Origin: a virus
Length of the DNA stretch: 64,000 nt
Virus record (IMG/VR): IMGVR_UViG_3300027690_000141
Reading direction: 5' to 3' (one strand)
The notes under the pieces were generated by a model, which did no database searches, was not told where the DNA came from, and saw only the letters and a program-made list of their open reading frames with translations. Below are positions 13,001 to 20,475 of the stretch, in pieces. The translations under genes and the position numbers were made by a program. Each line of letters opens with the position of its first letter. Position 1 is the first letter of the stretch.

Positions 13001-15186
13001 AATCCCCATGAATTTCTTGGCGTAAAATGCTGAACAGGGGTCGATTGCGGCTTGTCAATAATGACCGTGTACTTCCCATCGACAAAAGCAGGAGACGCTC
13101 TTCCGGCAGCAGCAATTTGATGCAGGACTTCACTCACGGTGGATTGTGTATCGATTACAGCATTATACTCGTATCCTACGCTACCTACTTGTTCATCACC
13201 ATCGAGAGTCTCAGCTACATAGGTCGCCTGGATGACTATTTCATTGGTCGAGGACGCTGGATCTACCGTATAACGTCCATCGTAATTCGTTGTACCATCA
13301 ATGAAAATCGTCTCGTTATCAGCAAACGTATGCCCTGTGCATGGCAAACCAACAAGTCCGCCGCCTTTATCAGCAACCGAACCACTATCGAGCATGTGTT
13401 CTTTCGGAGCGCAAAACTCATGCCACTCCTGCAATTTAGTCAGATCGATACGTGCATCTTCCACTGCTTGTTTATTTGCAGGATGCTGAAGCACATGGCG
13501 AAACAGCGATGCCGGATTCGATGTGGCCCGTTCGACCCACGATTCTCCGTCCCAATCTTTGCAGACTGACTGTACGACGCAATTGAATGTATCGAGAATG
13601 CCCGACATCTGATCCGTTGCACGAATTCGAATCGACGCAAGTGCCAACCCTTCCTTTTGAATTACGGTTGTCTCTCGAATTGATCTGAGCGTCGCCCAAT
13701 ACAGTGAATCAAAGATTCGGTCGTCCGTTGCATCGGCTGTCACCCGCCTCACGCGCACATCGTACTTGCCCTGAGAAACCCTCCAGTTGTAATTCTTGTA
13801 AATGATTTCATTTACTCTTGCCGTCGCGCTTGGCCGACATCGAATCGATCCACTGGAAACCTTCACGCTCATACTGGCTGGTGATGTCGGAACCACTTGA
13901 AACCCCGTACCATCATAACAGGAACTACTGCGTTCATCCGTTATCATGCCTGCTGTAATCGAAGTTGCTTCAGGCGGGATTTCAATCGTTGCAATGGGGC
14001 AAGCCCCTGGAGGCACAAACGCATTCGGAGGGACAGCATCCCATCTGCCATAAGCTCCAGCAATCTGCACCCATGGGCCATAAAGCGCGGCAGCGCCTGT
14101 GAACGGGTTCATGTAAACTCGATATTGATATGCTACTATACGATATGACCAGGGCTCGTAATTTACCGGCGCTGACATCGGGCCGAGCGTCTGCTCGTTC
14201 ACGCTGACGTAATCCCACACATTCGTCCATTCGCCCGAATCCGCTACCGCAATCTGAATCTCCCACTCAACCGTTCTGGATGTCCGCTGTCCTGAAGTGC
14301 TCCACTCAACAAGCCCCTTAGGGAACATGAAATCAAGCGAGATGATATCCGTATCAGTCTCCGTCGTTCGCGTTATCCATCCACCCGCTTGGGTCAGCTC
14401 GACGTTGACGGCTTCCTCATAATGCGGCGCACAGTAAATTGCCAGAGATTCTCCCGGCGCTCCTCGATTGAGACTGTACTGCGCATCAAAATAATCTGCA
14501 TCCGCAAGGCTTGTTTCACCGATTTGGAGATCCTTGAACTCCACAACCCCATAACCGATCACAAACAATGCACGGATGTAGACATCATTCCCCACGATCT
14601 CAGTATACGGATATGCACCATAAGGCGGTGCAAACCGGTATTCACCTAGTACAACTGGAATCGGGCCATACGGGTTCGCCCTGTTGCGCAAACCGCGCAC
14701 ATCAACAGCCGAACTTGGCAAGGGGCCAGCCAAATCCGTTAGCTGTCCAGGTTCGGGAGGAGGTGCAATCGCATTTACCAGCAGCGTTCCAACCATCGTG
14801 GTAGCAGCTGCAGCTGCCGCACCCAAAAACTGGCCGCCCCATTCTGCTGCAGCAACCCATCCACCGATGGCAATCGATGCAGCCATGACCCCAATAAACA
14901 GGAACGTTCGCAGCGGATCTTTATCTCCTCCACCACCCTGCGGAATAACTCGAATATCCGTAATCGATCCAAACGGAGGTCGCACCACCGGCCACAGATC
15001 GGGATGAATCGGTTCACCATTCACAAAGGCTCTAACGGCAACACCTTCCCGATGAAGCTCTAGTTCATCAACCAGCTCTTGAATCGACCATCCGCCGCGG
15101 GTCAGCTTCATTGCCTCCACTTGGAAAGGATGTGGAGCAACGAACAGGTACTGGGGGATCATTGGAAGAAGTTTATCGTTGTTCAT
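4015..15186 (-). CDS. Giant tail tip/fibre protein: lambda I-like + J (TipJ)-like + FN3 + about 2,500-aa repetitive fibre
   Basis: Start refined to MNNDKLL, overlapping the NlpC stop. N-terminal I-like segment (AFVNGE..IPQGGGG + hydrophobic stretch); J-like motifs NPYGPIPVVLG, SNPASLFRHVL, HFTPRNSWGF, GDLIRVTHDVP; FN3-like GIKLKWTNP..DLDFYAV; many internal repeats. Confidence 0.9.
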   Translation of the reverse strand: MNNDKLLPMIPQYLFVAPHPFQVEAMKLTRGGWSIQELVDELELHREGVAVRAFVNGEPIHPDLWPVVRPPFGSITDIRVIPQGGGGDKDPLRTFLFIGVMAASIAIGGWVAAAEWGGQFLGAAAAAATTMVGTLLVNAIAPPPEPGQLTDLAGPLPSSAVDVRGLRNRANPYGPIPVVLGEYRFAPPYGAYPYTEIVGNDVYIRALFVIGYGVVEFKDLQIGETSLADADYFDAQYSLNRGAPGESLAIYCAPHYEEAVNVELTQAGGWITRTTETDTDIISLDFMFPKGLVEWSTSGQRTSRTVEWEIQIAVADSGEWTNVWDYVSVNEQTLGPMSAPVNYEPWSYRIVAYQYRVYMNPFTGAAALYGPWVQIAGAYGRWDAVPPNAFVPPGACPIATIEIPPEATSITAGMITDERSSSCYDGTGFQVVPTSPASMSVKVSSGSIRCRPSATARVNEIIYKNYNWRVSQGKYDVRVRRVTADATDDRIFDSLYWATLRSIRETTVIQKEGLALASIRIRATDQMSGILDTFNCVVQSVCKDWDGESWVERATSNPASLFRHVLQHPANKQAVEDARIDLTKLQEWHEFCAPKEHMLDSGSVADKGGGLVGLPCTGHTFADNETIFIDGTTNYDGRYTVDPASSTNEIVIQATYVAETLDGDEQVGSVGYEYNAVIDTQSTVSEVLHQIAAAGRASPAFVDGKYTVIIDKPQSTPVQHFTPRNSWGFQGKKEFVKLPHALRVIFANRWQFWKVDERIVYDDGYNEENATLYERLEFPGVTDPDQAYNLARYHLAVAKLRPERYSFYADVENLVATRGDLIRVTHDVPLWGVAVGRIKLRAESGGNVTAVTMDSVMTMVEGKSYAIRFRHSDGTSSVHAVNLDVGEQYTLTFTTPIPISSAPDVGDLGLFGESSSESVQLLIHSIEPGPNLTAKITCVDYSPNVYSATTLPIGEHESQITSPYTDSGKTGVPAIYQIRSDESVLYRGADGSLQPRIVISLRSASGYRAEIRWTEVHYRVHATSENWRVGYFSGYQSELSLYDVEQGIEYDIRVRYVLRSGELTEFCSTQAHTVIGKSSNPGVPSGVSATAVIAGIKLKWTNPVDLDFYAVGIWRNTSDSFPGGSAQFVVTGAPSETMAFVDRDVSYDQTYYYWLKAYDTSDNSSTQTSSVNAQPKRAETDDVKDYNITSAKCADALQSENYSQGSAGWYIGFRGTGEGYAEFNDVVIRGELTAGEVHIPDKTTASSFHVDTDGDTWWGCNEASFISDPENAVAYVLKDGTAKFVSGKIANWTIGTNTLSAGSITLNAQTPAIMLGAATAYMSGIGVWEGNDGDAYKWRVGNPAGGYLRWTGTQLEQDGVIISGSEVGSTKSDTFTINSDESDVNVQLILDRFTGGAATFQWNGTIASLDQDFKVTGDDLYLETASTPNLYIQTTAGSSQDANLYIRGARTTATNDMANIHLQNNANTEKTLAKIAAANADADLGTDKGELRFYTNTGSAVALALTLKTDQTATFGSSISVTDITISAPSSVYSLDHDSFSGFVADEHIPHSTVSISAGTGLSGGGTIAANRTISLSHLGLESLSDPGADRILIWDDSAGVVAWLQLADELSIDATPILSVDHDKCTNFVANEHINHTSVSITAGNGLTGGGTIAASRTLNVGAGNGIAVGADSVSLSHLGLESLSDPGADRIMFWDDSAGYVTWLACGNSVAIATTTLDTIQDIRTSASPTFAGLTINGAGDWNLTGSSVIDVDVTISTDVYNYGVIDIGGVITSATYTSNATLLTLRTLGGETQDWKYAIRIIEGMDTHKIEYGVYCSGTFDTFLHMVSVPSSYVINTPNWTVTGAGAANFGGTMTLTTVAAAGSDVDKFLVLDGSGNVDYRTGTELLSDLSGDANSAFNWNSQNVEDIGELDAVGFMIGGAADSRRTSGEAIELHGGTSSALLSVQDGNGRIQLKWNASQGSSETYLTSSENAFFWDMTISSSPIWEMKYAAAGTANDPITWSVLLSLESSGKLNTGGDLNVNATGEVTCGSINRASGTLTLEIGGAAVVSVASGTVSMDGDLQFTGAQSITTSSGNLTLAPAGDLVLTPGGDVYPGAADIDLGTLANRWLAIHGRELWVQTLVAEDVLATLGGHIVTSPTSYLTADINTTVTTITVQHNHFAVNDYVMMMSKDGATAKFEIMQITGGPTGAGPYDYTVTRNVDLGGADSWYDGDAVVSLGYAASEGWIEQYSVHAINQATVYGPTVVGWIRTATTNWNDYTAGWALGNLNGVYGYSADVMGLGLGKYSAEHIVIDPTNGIRFRNSTTVMGQLSSTTWTLGDTSGQNVEITSGAVSIKQGSDTYTYLSSGQLWLGLTSSGQYMVIDSNGVRGYGNFSKKFELKSTGEAYVGDTSSEHVAVDSSGVSLYDGGTLYGRFALTTTLGATASEHIEITSAHVQFKDGANVYTDLTAGVLKLGLASGGEYVQVDSTGIEIYGNAVKIVEVTSGGIAYVGDQVNEHVKVSSTGVELKDGATVYGSFAATTTIGNTADAHVYIDATSVQLKNGTTIYTDITGGAITLGVQSGGEYIQIDSTGVEGYGNAVKLLELTSAGLAYIGNQSNEHVKLSSTGVECKDGASIYAKFAATTTIGLTTSEHVNITSTAVQIKDGSNVYTDLTAGVLKLGLVSGGEYVQIDSTGIEMYGNGIKHVELTSAGLFWAGDTDATERIQWDATKGLAIYDSSGNAVIVAGPSGELYVSDMISVGGIGGGVFYERFDDPNNDFDIRWPNTGGSGETTITTGGLAGGKIVQIGNNAGDDMWRGVHGKSIPYDENKLYRIRCRIRRTAGTGTCYLGVVGRNSTDTAWVNINGENNLSSQHYFAAAGQAPSDWTVYTGYFKGRAASGNGGQHSDPSDPGTMHNDVRYFRPLLWVNYSSVAGTYEVDEFSIDIIPEDLDQISDGSTYGRVLATDISAGHILLSACSGDLDDIADGTYGKVLATDISAGHIVLSTCDGDLDDITDGTTYGKLRNAVLDSGYLYLMRKSADATEKIEVTASGVELYQGGNKLAELGASAVKFYDASANQRAEYGASFWAGDSSTTERIQWDSTNGLQIFNAANAARISFPISGDATISGWTMNASTLSNSTHIILDASNKSISIMSAAFGNAGIQLQYNAGSPKIYAGDGSNEYIKYEAGSGVFLSTSQANAITIKNGGDIKLEAGGDLILTGAASNASRIVFSGTSYSTEFYHNYDGTLTQINPNTTKVTNLTVGEDSYRFLGIYGYAESYAYFEAACNSVAGYKAYVKIESLSSTQCNIYLATSNTNRLTIDYNGNVTLSQIAAATADTDKFLVSDTGVIKYRTGDQVLSDLGLDSNLKNLTSGEISQLENIGTTSISATQWGYLGALNQGLTTTSAVTFGTVTIGSLAAGAADYDKFLVSDSGLVKYRTGAQVLSDIGAAASSHTHDGNTLQLDGINSNGGAFAFTTTGVVTFSQSLEIDKGSGDSVIVLDTDGVDRFTLGVDSSDSYKFKINDGGLLADISLLHIESDGDVTLYADSGEYPNHGLQLRSTDTGTLRLSSPYLRMNAGSDTYYVYGAGINANTNRLYIHWTDDNWATEARMAFFALDMMTLDHLHQFYDYSASQTVEATGSLRYWVWQHDTFGDEDYIQLPGTNGVLTVWYATEMAIYHVANDASVQLLVSTDAAIFVTTDTDGKFCCYDAGTAARVKNRTGGDVAIRLEFKFT
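6161..6390 (-). repeat. About 2.5 tandem ~30-aa repeats (DLDxIxDGxTYGxVLATDISAGHI) in the tail fibre
   Basis: Seen directly in the translation. Confidence 0.9.
7070..8250 (-). repeat. About 3.7 tandem 103-aa (309-bp) repeats in the tail fibre
   Basis: EH dipeptides starting each unit at about 7992, 7683 and 7374 (309-bp period); unit EHVxxxSxGV..KDG..Y..FA.TTT.G...H..I....VQ.K.G...YTD.T.G...LG..SGGEY.Q.DSTG.E.YGN. Confidence 0.9.
10030..10590 (-). repeat. Duplicated ~90-aa segment (DHD..FVAxEHI.H..VSIxAGxGLxGGGTIAA..LSHLGLESLSDPGADRI..WDDSAG)
   Basis: Seen directly in the translation; two copies. Confidence 0.9.
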
Positions 15187-15595
15187 GTCTGAAAAATCCC
15201 AATATCCGATCTCTCCAAAGCGGAGAAGTGTATCCTTCAATACACGTTGAAATTCCACGGGTGACGTGGATCATTCGACCTTCACCAATCACCGTCCCAA
15301 GATGAATGGGAAGCCCTCGGATCCGCAGCAAAACCGCATCCCAGATCCGGGCATCAGTCACCGGTTTCCATTCATGCATGTGTCTTTCAATCGTCGTCAG
15401 CACGGCTCGATAATCAAGCGCACTATCGTATTCCTCCCCATACGAGGGAAGCTCGATACCCAATTGCTCTCGATAGATCAATCTGAGCAGCCCCCAGCAA
15501 TCAACACCATTACGGTCCCGTCCGCGGGACTTGAACGGAATGCCGATATACTGACTAAAACAGTCCTGGGAAATATCCTGGCGTAAAGGCTTCAC
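15173..15595 (-). CDS. NlpC/P60 tail tip protein (lambda K-like)
   Basis: YIGIPF...GVDCWGL catalytic Cys, HLG His; sits between the L-like and J genes. Confidence 0.9.
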   Translation of the reverse strand: MKPLRQDISQDCFSQYIGIPFKSRGRDRNGVDCWGLLRLIYREQLGIELPSYGEEYDSALDYRAVLTTIERHMHEWKPVTDARIWDAVLLRIRGLPIHLGTVIGEGRMIHVTRGISTCIEGYTSPLWRDRILGFFRHEQR

Positions 15596-16025
15596 CGGGA
15601 AATGGCTCCTGCAAAAAAGTCTCGACGCTCAAATCACCCGTAACTGTATAAGCATCGTAACTTATGTTTTTGAACTCGTAATCGGGAAATTGGACTTCAA
15701 CCGCGTTCGGATCACTCGCCAGCACAATCTTTATGGTTATTGTCGGAGACGACGGCACGCTCCTGATCGCCTCCACAATATCTCGCGCTACGTTGTCAAT
15801 CGTTAATGTGCCTTGCGTCAGCGTTTTTTCTGTGTCACTCGGGACAGAAATCTCGAATGGATACGGATAATACGTGTTGCCTCCGGACGTCGTAGCAACT
15901 CCATCGCTCGTCACCCGCAAAGGCGACGAAAGCTCGTCATGGTCAAGCGTGATCAACACAATGAAAACTTCGTCCGTCTGCTGCCCGTACACGGCAGATT
16001 TAAAGGCGCTTGATACATTCCTCAT
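15555..16025 (-). CDS. DUF1833 family tail tip protein (lambda L position)
   Basis: LITLDH..L..PLRVT, YYPYPFEISVP, TLTIDNV, LQEPFP..FTPG.FPGLF. Confidence 0.85.
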   Translation of the reverse strand: MRNVSSAFKSAVYGQQTDEVFIVLITLDHDELSSPLRVTSDGVATTSGGNTYYPYPFEISVPSDTEKTLTQGTLTIDNVARDIVEAIRSVPSSPTITIKIVLASDPNAVEVQFPDYEFKNISYDAYTVTGDLSVETFLQEPFPGEAFTPGYFPGLF

Positions 16026-16378
16026 GGCATTTCCTCGAGCTGCACCATGACCTCGTACAAATTGTCACCCCGTTGAAAATACCGGGGCTTTCCCACAAAT
16101 CGCAGCTCCGCCGCACTGCCCGTTCGGGGATTTTTCCAGTCAAAGACCAAAGAGCCCCCTTTCACGTCGGTCAGAAAAAATGCATCCAGACTCGCCACCT
16201 GGGATCTCGTCAAATACAACGTCACCTGAAAATCTCTGACATTGGCTGTAAATCTTCGCCGCACCTTGGCAGGGCCAGCATCCATCTGGGTTCTGATTGC
16301 GTTATCAGGCGGCGCCTCTTCTAAATTGCGCTCCAAAGGATACGCCGGCAAGCTTGAAGGCCACTGCGGATTTGCCAT
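16022..16378 (-). CDS. Minor/distal tail protein (lambda M position)
   Basis: WPSSLP, IRTQMDAGPAKVRRRFT, FDWKNPRTG..RF; directly after the tape measure. Confidence 0.8.
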   Translation of the reverse strand: MANPQWPSSLPAYPLERNLEEAPPDNAIRTQMDAGPAKVRRRFTANVRDFQVTLYLTRSQVASLDAFFLTDVKGGSLVFDWKNPRTGSAAELRFVGKPRYFQRGDNLYEVMVQLEEMP

Positions 16379-18945
16379 TACCTGCTCCCTACGGCCGGGT
16401 TGAGCCCGAACGTTCGTTTCATCGCACTATACACCGGACCCCCGCTCGTAACGTCCTTCGCCACAAGCTGCCCGATCGTCACTTCTATGCTCTTCCTCCC
16501 GCCGAACAAGCCCGATCGTTTTTTCACATCAACAGGCTGACCGGTATAATTATGGATGTTCACCGTCACGTCCGAACCGTCACGCCCAGGCATTTCTCTC
16601 GTTCGATCCTGCTTGCTGATTATCTCTTCACCTCTCTGAACTATTACTGGGTACTCATCCCACCTCAGGCCCTCATGAGCCCGCTTCGCACCCATAAACG
16701 CCGCTGCAGGCATCGTCCTTTTTGGAAATGAAGTCTCGCCTATGATTCCACCTGAATGCGTCCAGATAGCTTCAACTCCAGCCGGAGCAGCCGGTTTAGC
16801 AGTCCCTGGAGAACCAAACCAGGCTCCCACATATCCGGTTATCCCTTTCGTGAGACCCTCTGCCATGAGATCCGCAAATGACCTCTGGACAGACGCCAGA
16901 AACGCATTCACATAATCGCTCAGGCTTTTAAGGTTCCCCTGCATCGCATCAAAAAACAAATCCGAGAAAGCCTCCTGCATCCCTTGTGCAGTATCCACGG
17001 CCAGATCACGCCACTGCTGGAAAACCGATCTCGTTCCCTTGACAACGGTATCCAACCCGTCCAGGATCCCGGCTACCCAATTCTTCGAGCTTTCAAGCGA
17101 CTTTTGATTTGCTTCTCTCTGCGCTTTCTCTCTTTCTTCCATTGCTTCCAGGTAGGCTTCATTCAGCTCGTCCAATTGGGCTCTCTCGTATTGCCGGATC
17201 AAATCAATCATTTCTTTCTCGTCCGCGTACTTCTCCAACAGTGCTTGCACTTCCTGATTCAGAGCCCATCGCCTGTAATCCAATTCTTCCAGGGTCAGCT
17301 GCTTGATTCGATTGGTCAGCTGCTTCTTCATCTCCTTTATTTCTTCCATCTTCCGGAGTTCTGCTTCGCTCGGCTCTTTTTTCTCAGGAGGAGGAGGTTC
17401 TTCTTTCCCCGGCTTCGGAATCTCCTTCACCTGGGGAAGCCGTTTTTCCAACTCTCTCCACAGCCGGTCCAGCTCCTTCGAAATCCGGGTCTTCAAATCC
17501 TCTCGCTCGCGCTCCTCCGGAGTCAGCTCAGGTGCTATCCTCTTCCGTACCACCGGCCCACCTTCCTCCGGTTTCTTCAGCCACTCCTTGATCTGTTCGT
17601 ACGCAAGCCAGACAGACGACATGGCACCTCCCGCCAAAGCTCCCGGGCCCTTCGCAATAGCACCTCCCACAACCATCGACAGAACCCAGGCTGTGATCGG
17701 ATGCTTTCTCAGCTCTTCTTTCAAACCTTCGAGCAAACCTTTCGCCAGGCTCGCTCCAACGGGGATAAGCACCGATCGCGCGAACCAAATCATGGCATCG
17801 GCCATGTAACTCAGGATCAACTTGAACCCATCCTTCGTCAAACCACCTACCTCGCGCCAGAGCCCCTTGAAGGCATCCTTCACGTTGTTGAAAATCTGCT
17901 TCAGGTTCGCAAACAACGATTTTTCGTCGAGGTCCACGCCTTTCGTCATCAGGCTCCTGACGCCTTCGATCGCCCCCATGTAAAGCCGCGCTATCGTTTT
18001 CCCGAAATCTTCCGTACCCTTACTCTTCAAAAGCTTGTCCAGCCACTCGTTCATCTCCATCAGAAGATCAACAAGCTTCTGGTACGGGCCATACTGGGCA
18101 ATGATATTAATCCACTGCTTGTACTTATCCGAGAGGTTCCCCCACTGAATTCCCAGGCTCTCAGCTGTTTTTCTCAGTGTTTCAGCACCAACGTTTAACT
18201 TCACAAATGCATCCAGCGCTTTGATTGCGAGTTCAGGCGATTCTCTCAACTGCTCCATCGTAAGACCGGCAGCTCTCGCAACTTCTTCCGGTCGGATTTC
18301 AAACCGGTACATCAGCGTCCGCCATTGGCCAGCCAGCGCTTCCCGAATCGCATACAGGGCCCCTCGGACACCCTGCTGCGGATCCAACGCCGCCAGCCCC
18401 TGCACGATGTTCATGATCTTTTCGAGTTCTTCCCTCGAATCCCTCAAGAACATCGGCTTCAAGGCAGACATCATCGCCATACCCTTCATGGCTTCCATCA
18501 CGTCTTCGTACATGGCCGGATACTTTGCCGCGTACTCCATTGCCCATTCACTCAGTCTGCGGACCGCCGCTTCACTTTTCAGCACGCCGCCGAGCGCAGT
18601 CTCGATGAGATAGAATCCTTCCCTGGTCCTCATCAGACCAAATGAAAATTTGGTTGCCAAAGTAACACCTATTCCAGCCACAGCCGCTCCCATGCCAACG
18701 AGAGCTTTCGTCGCCAGCATGACCAAATTCATGAACGGTCTCAACAAACTCATGGCGCCGGAAATACCGACACCCATCACGCCGAACCCCCGAGACACAA
18801 GCGGGCCCATACGACTGCCTTCCGCACCCAGCCGCATGAAGCCGGTCTGCATGGCCTTGCTCTTGGTCTCGATAGACGACATCTCTTCGTACGTCTGTCG
18901 ATACCCTCGCGTGAAAAATCTGACTCCAAAATTTCCTTGTGGCAT
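16378..18945 (-). CDS. Tail tape measure protein (855 aa)
   Basis: Long Ala/Gly-rich helical protein with tape-measure core (ALYAIREALAGQW..L, QWGNLSD) and C-terminal HxGG...NIHNYTG..IEV motifs; follows the chaperone pair. Confidence 0.9.
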   Translation of the reverse strand: MPQGNFGVRFFTRGYRQTYEEMSSIETKSKAMQTGFMRLGAEGSRMGPLVSRGFGVMGVGISGAMSLLRPFMNLVMLATKALVGMGAAVAGIGVTLATKFSFGLMRTREGFYLIETALGGVLKSEAAVRRLSEWAMEYAAKYPAMYEDVMEAMKGMAMMSALKPMFLRDSREELEKIMNIVQGLAALDPQQGVRGALYAIREALAGQWRTLMYRFEIRPEEVARAAGLTMEQLRESPELAIKALDAFVKLNVGAETLRKTAESLGIQWGNLSDKYKQWINIIAQYGPYQKLVDLLMEMNEWLDKLLKSKGTEDFGKTIARLYMGAIEGVRSLMTKGVDLDEKSLFANLKQIFNNVKDAFKGLWREVGGLTKDGFKLILSYMADAMIWFARSVLIPVGASLAKGLLEGLKEELRKHPITAWVLSMVVGGAIAKGPGALAGGAMSSVWLAYEQIKEWLKKPEEGGPVVRKRIAPELTPEEREREDLKTRISKELDRLWRELEKRLPQVKEIPKPGKEEPPPPEKKEPSEAELRKMEEIKEMKKQLTNRIKQLTLEELDYRRWALNQEVQALLEKYADEKEMIDLIRQYERAQLDELNEAYLEAMEEREKAQREANQKSLESSKNWVAGILDGLDTVVKGTRSVFQQWRDLAVDTAQGMQEAFSDLFFDAMQGNLKSLSDYVNAFLASVQRSFADLMAEGLTKGITGYVGAWFGSPGTAKPAAPAGVEAIWTHSGGIIGETSFPKRTMPAAAFMGAKRAHEGLRWDEYPVIVQRGEEIISKQDRTREMPGRDGSDVTVNIHNYTGQPVDVKKRSGLFGGRKSIEVTIGQLVAKDVTSGGPVYSAMKRTFGLNPAVGSR

Positions 18946-18949
18946 TTAT

Positions 18950-19711
18950 CTACGCCTTGCTCGACAACCTATCCAATTCACTGTATATGGCATCCAGCCT
19001 GCCCTGGGCCCTCAATGCGGCCAGATACTCCTCAGGCGGCGGTTCTTCCCCCGTTCCCCGATAATCCGGTGGATAAAGCTCTCTCCTTTTTATGTCGAAA
19101 AACACCATCCTCTTTACATCGTCCAATGTCAGAGAATCGCCGTACTTCAAAAACCTGCCCCAGAGTACGTCATTCATCGCACATCTGCGAGCCACAGGCC
19201 CCAACTTCCCAAGACACGCTCGCATGCGTCGTTCATCCCATCTCTTCTCCTCGGCCATCCTGCCGCCAAATCGATTCGTGATCCCAATCTTCGCCTTGCA
19301 CTGCCGTTCATTAAGATACTTAATATCGTCAGGAAAATCCTTCAGCGGATCCGCGAGCCTGGCTTTCACATCCTCTTCCATCTCGCCTTTATCCTCGTCG
19401 CCCTCATTAATCTGTCCGCCCAGCATCTTTATACGGATTTTCAACTCCTCGATTTTCCGCTTCTGGAGGTTACTCCAGTAAAGCTTCAACATGGGGCGCG
19501 TAAAGCCAATCAGCTGCCTGGTCCCGTCCTCTTTCCTGATCCACTGTCCCTGTATGTATTCTCTCGTAAACCCGTACTCGTGCGCGAACTGCTCGTAGAT
19601 CTCACCTATGGTTACGCGCCTTCCACCTCGGCCTTGACCTCTTCCGCCTTTCCTCCCATCAACCTGTTCGCTCCCAGACCGAGCATGTCCAGGAGCGCCT
19701 TGAAGTTTTTT
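18950..19711 (-). CDS. Tail assembly chaperone T portion, expressed as G-T via -1 frameshift
   Basis: The -1 frame is open from the slippery site to 18950 and encodes TIGEIYEQFAHEYGFTREYI before the first ATG (19492). Confidence 0.75.
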   Translation of the reverse strand, partial: KKLQGAPGHARSGSEQVDGRKGGRGQGRGGRRVTIGEIYEQFAHEYGFTREYIQGQWIRKEDGTRQLIGFTRPMLKLYWSNLQKRKIEELKIRIKMLGGQINEGDEDKGEMEEDVKARLADPLKDFPDDIKYLNERQCKAKIGITNRFGGRMAEEKRWDERRMRACLGKLGPVARRCAMNDVLWGRFLKYGDSLTLDDVKRMVFFDIKRRELYPPDYRGTGEEPPPEEYLAALRAQGRLDAIYSELDRLSSKA

Positions 19712-20172
19712 GCAGACTCCTCCGGAACCACTCCTTCGTCCTTGAAATTCTGCTTGTAAATCACTCCGGCCGCGTGCTTGAACTGTGCGATCGTCATTCC
19801 CTCTTTCACCTTGGCGGCTTTTATCCCTACCAGTTCCTCCACGATTTTCACGATTCGATCCTCTCTGGTCAGCGCTTCGACAGGGCTCTTTTGCTTAGGC
19901 TCGAGCACCGCATCTGCACACTGATTGCAGACATCCACACGGCCCATGGCATTCCTGAACACCTTCCGACACGATGGGCACACCATATCCGTTGTGAAAA
20001 TCTCCTCGAATATCTCGGATATGATTCGCGACATCCTCTCGACCTGGCCTTCCGTCATCGGGTAGACGAAATAGGCTTCGGTTCCAACCACAATCACCTC
20101 TTTTTGCATTTCAGGATTCAGCGTTTTCAATTCGTCCGGAATTGCCGTTTTTTCAGGCTCCATACAGTTCAA
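19612..20172 (-). CDS. Tail assembly chaperone G
   Basis: Position upstream of TMP; contains slippery A AAA AAC near its 3' end. Confidence 0.8.
   Translation of the reverse strand: MNCMEPEKTAIPDELKTLNPEMQKEVIVVGTEAYFVYPMTEGQVERMSRIISEIFEEIFTTDMVCPSCRKVFRNAMGRVDVCNQCADAVLEPKQKSPVEALTREDRIVKIVEELVGIKAAKVKEGMTIAQFKHAAGVIYKQNFKDEGVVPEESAKNFKALLDMLGLGANRLMGGKAEEVKAEVEGA
19705..19711 (-). promoter_or_regulatory. -1 programmed ribosomal frameshift heptamer A AAA AAC
   Basis: GCA AAA AAC in the G frame fits X XXY YYZ; the -1 frame joins G to T. Confidence 0.8.
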
Positions 20173-20183
20173 CCCCTTTCTTT

Positions 20184-20474
20184 CTACGACTCCACATATC
20201 GGTACAAATCAATCGTTGCATTGAATAAGTCATCAATCACGTCATGAACCGGGACACGGCTCGGGGTTCCCCGAATGATCCAACCGCTGCCAGAACCCGA
20301 TCCCTGGATAGCATCAATCTCGGCCTGAAGCTCCTGTGTATTGATCCAGTAGAACCTGTATCTCTTCATTTCAGCGCAGCCAGCATCGTAAACCACAGGT
20401 GTCCCGTCAGACAGCCTCTCCATCAGCTGGTCTTTGAGCTTTATGGCCGGATCAATGATCTTGGAGTAACTCAT
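20184..20474 (-). CDS. Hypothetical tail-region protein
   Basis: 96-aa ORF coupled to the upstream gene. Confidence 0.55.
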   Translation of the reverse strand: MSYSKIIDPAIKLKDQLMERLSDGTPVVYDAGCAEMKRYRFYWINTQELQAEIDAIQGSGSGSGWIIRGTPSRVPVHDVIDDLFNATIDLYRYVES

Positions 20475-20475
20475 C

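Noticed and set aside
4015-15186. Diversity-generating retroelement acting on the tail fibre
   Set aside because: No reverse transcriptase in the window and no near-identical TR/VR pair differing only at adenines; the repeats are diverged in-frame protein repeats.
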